Shown: piece by piece, positions 63,189-64,000 of the stretch
How positions within the stretch are numbered: the first letter of the stretch is position 1
Layout: every line of letters starts with the position of its first letter
Assembly (NCBI GenBank): GCA_002452425.1
Contig: DKFQ01000066.1
Location: 906 to 64,905, forward strand
Source of the DNA: Sulfurimonas sp. UBA6792
GTDB lineage: Bacteria; Campylobacterota; Campylobacteria; Campylobacterales; Sulfurimonadaceae
DNA length: 64,000 bases
Direction: 5' to 3'
The notes under the pieces: generated by a model
The model's input: only the letters and a program-made list of their open reading frames with translations
Told to the model about the DNA's origin: nothing
The model's database searches: none
Made by a program: the position numbers and the translations under genes

Positions 63189-63809
63189 ATGCAAGGTTTT
63201 ATAGTAAATATCAACAGAGTCAAAGATGAAAATCTTATAGTCACAATAATATCGAGAGAAAACTTAGATACTCTTTATAGGTTTTATGGTGCACGCCATG
63301 GAGTTATCAATCTCGGATTTAAAATCGACTATGAAATAGACAACTCTTCTAAAGCGACAATTCACAGGCTAAAAGATGTCATTCATATAGGATACAGATG
63401 GCTTGGCGACTATAAACTCTTGCGTCTTTGGCAAGATTTTTGCGCCCTCTTTTACAAACATCTCAAAGATGCTGACACGCTTGATACTTTTTACTTCGAC
63501 CTTTTAGAAAATGCTTCACAAAACTGGAATAGACAAAACCCAAAGAGAGTTGCTATTGAGTCTTATATAAGACTGCTTGAACATGAAGGAAGACTTCATA
63601 AAGAGTTTGAGTGTTTTTTATGTTCTGAGATGATTGAGCAAGAGGAAATCGCCCTTATCCGCGCCTATCTGCCAACACATAAACATTGTGCACATACATA
63701 TGGTTTTACTAAAAGTGGCATTGAAGAGCTTTTTGAAAACCACTCCTCTCTTTTTTTAAACGATGCGGAGGTAGAGAGGCTCTGGATAACGCTTTTAGAG
63801 GGAATCTAA
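63189..63809 (+). CDS. recO: DNA repair protein RecO (Campylobacterota type)
   Basis: MQGFI, YRFYGARH, LLEHEGRLH, CFLC...H..C. Confidence 0.85.
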   Translation: MQGFIVNINRVKDENLIVTIISRENLDTLYRFYGARHGVINLGFKIDYEIDNSSKATIHRLKDVIHIGYRWLGDYKLLRLWQDFCALFYKHLKDADTLDTFYFDLLENASQNWNRQNPKRVAIESYIRLLEHEGRLHKEFECFLCSEMIEQEEIALIRAYLPTHKHCAHTYGFTKSGIEELFENHSSLFLNDAEVERLWITLLEGI

Positions 63810-63857
63810 AGTTTTTTTCGCTAAAATTTTGACAATTTTACAAAAATGGATGTTCCT

Positions 63858-64000
63858 ATGTTTGCAACTGTCAAATCCCGTATTCTTGTAACTATCATAC
63901 TCTTTGGTGCCCTTGCTGTAGGTTTTATGTATCTTTATATCTCTTATACATTTAACGACTTCTCCAATAAAACCGCAAAAAAATCTCTTGATATGCTCAG
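63858..64000 (+). CDS. Partial membrane-anchored sensor protein, possibly a chemoreceptor; runs off the window
   Basis: MFATVKSRILVTIILFGALAVGFMYLYI N-terminal TM, frame open to the window end. Confidence 0.55.
   Translation, partial: MFATVKSRILVTIILFGALAVGFMYLYISYTFNDFSNKTAKKSLDML

Overview
Gene-dense, AT-rich core chromosomal region of a Campylobacterota bacterium. It is most likely Sulfurimonas-like; this is an inference from protein style and gene order, not from a database search. It carries envelope and division genes (engB, mrdA, mltG, AsmA-like, lolC/E, secA, lolA, ftsK) and translation or tRNA-modification genes (ybeY, queC, metG, gltX2, glnS-Yqey, dusB, rlmH). It also has tRNA-Glu(UUC), tRNA-Leu(CAA), RNase P RNA, a TCA/rTCA cluster (icd-mdh-fumC-sucCD-oorDABC) plus acnB, gltBD, accD, uvrA, recO, dksA and flagellar genes (flgL, cheX-like, fliN, fliO). 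I found no transposase, integrase, prophage or CRISPR array. Most notable: (i) an intact GluRS2 ORF that has lost its catalytic motifs (HIGH altered, KMSK deleted), back-to-back with a GlnRS-Yqey and near tRNA-Glu; (ii) five TGAACAnnTGTTCA-like palindromes at about 32-bp (three helical turn) spacing between rnpB and an orphan TetR gene; (iii) a response regulator with a ribbon-helix-helix output domain; (iv) tandem sigma28 and sigma54 promoters at flgL; (v) a 59-aa YjfB-like gene missed by the ORF track. All calls come from reading motifs by eye; no searches were run.
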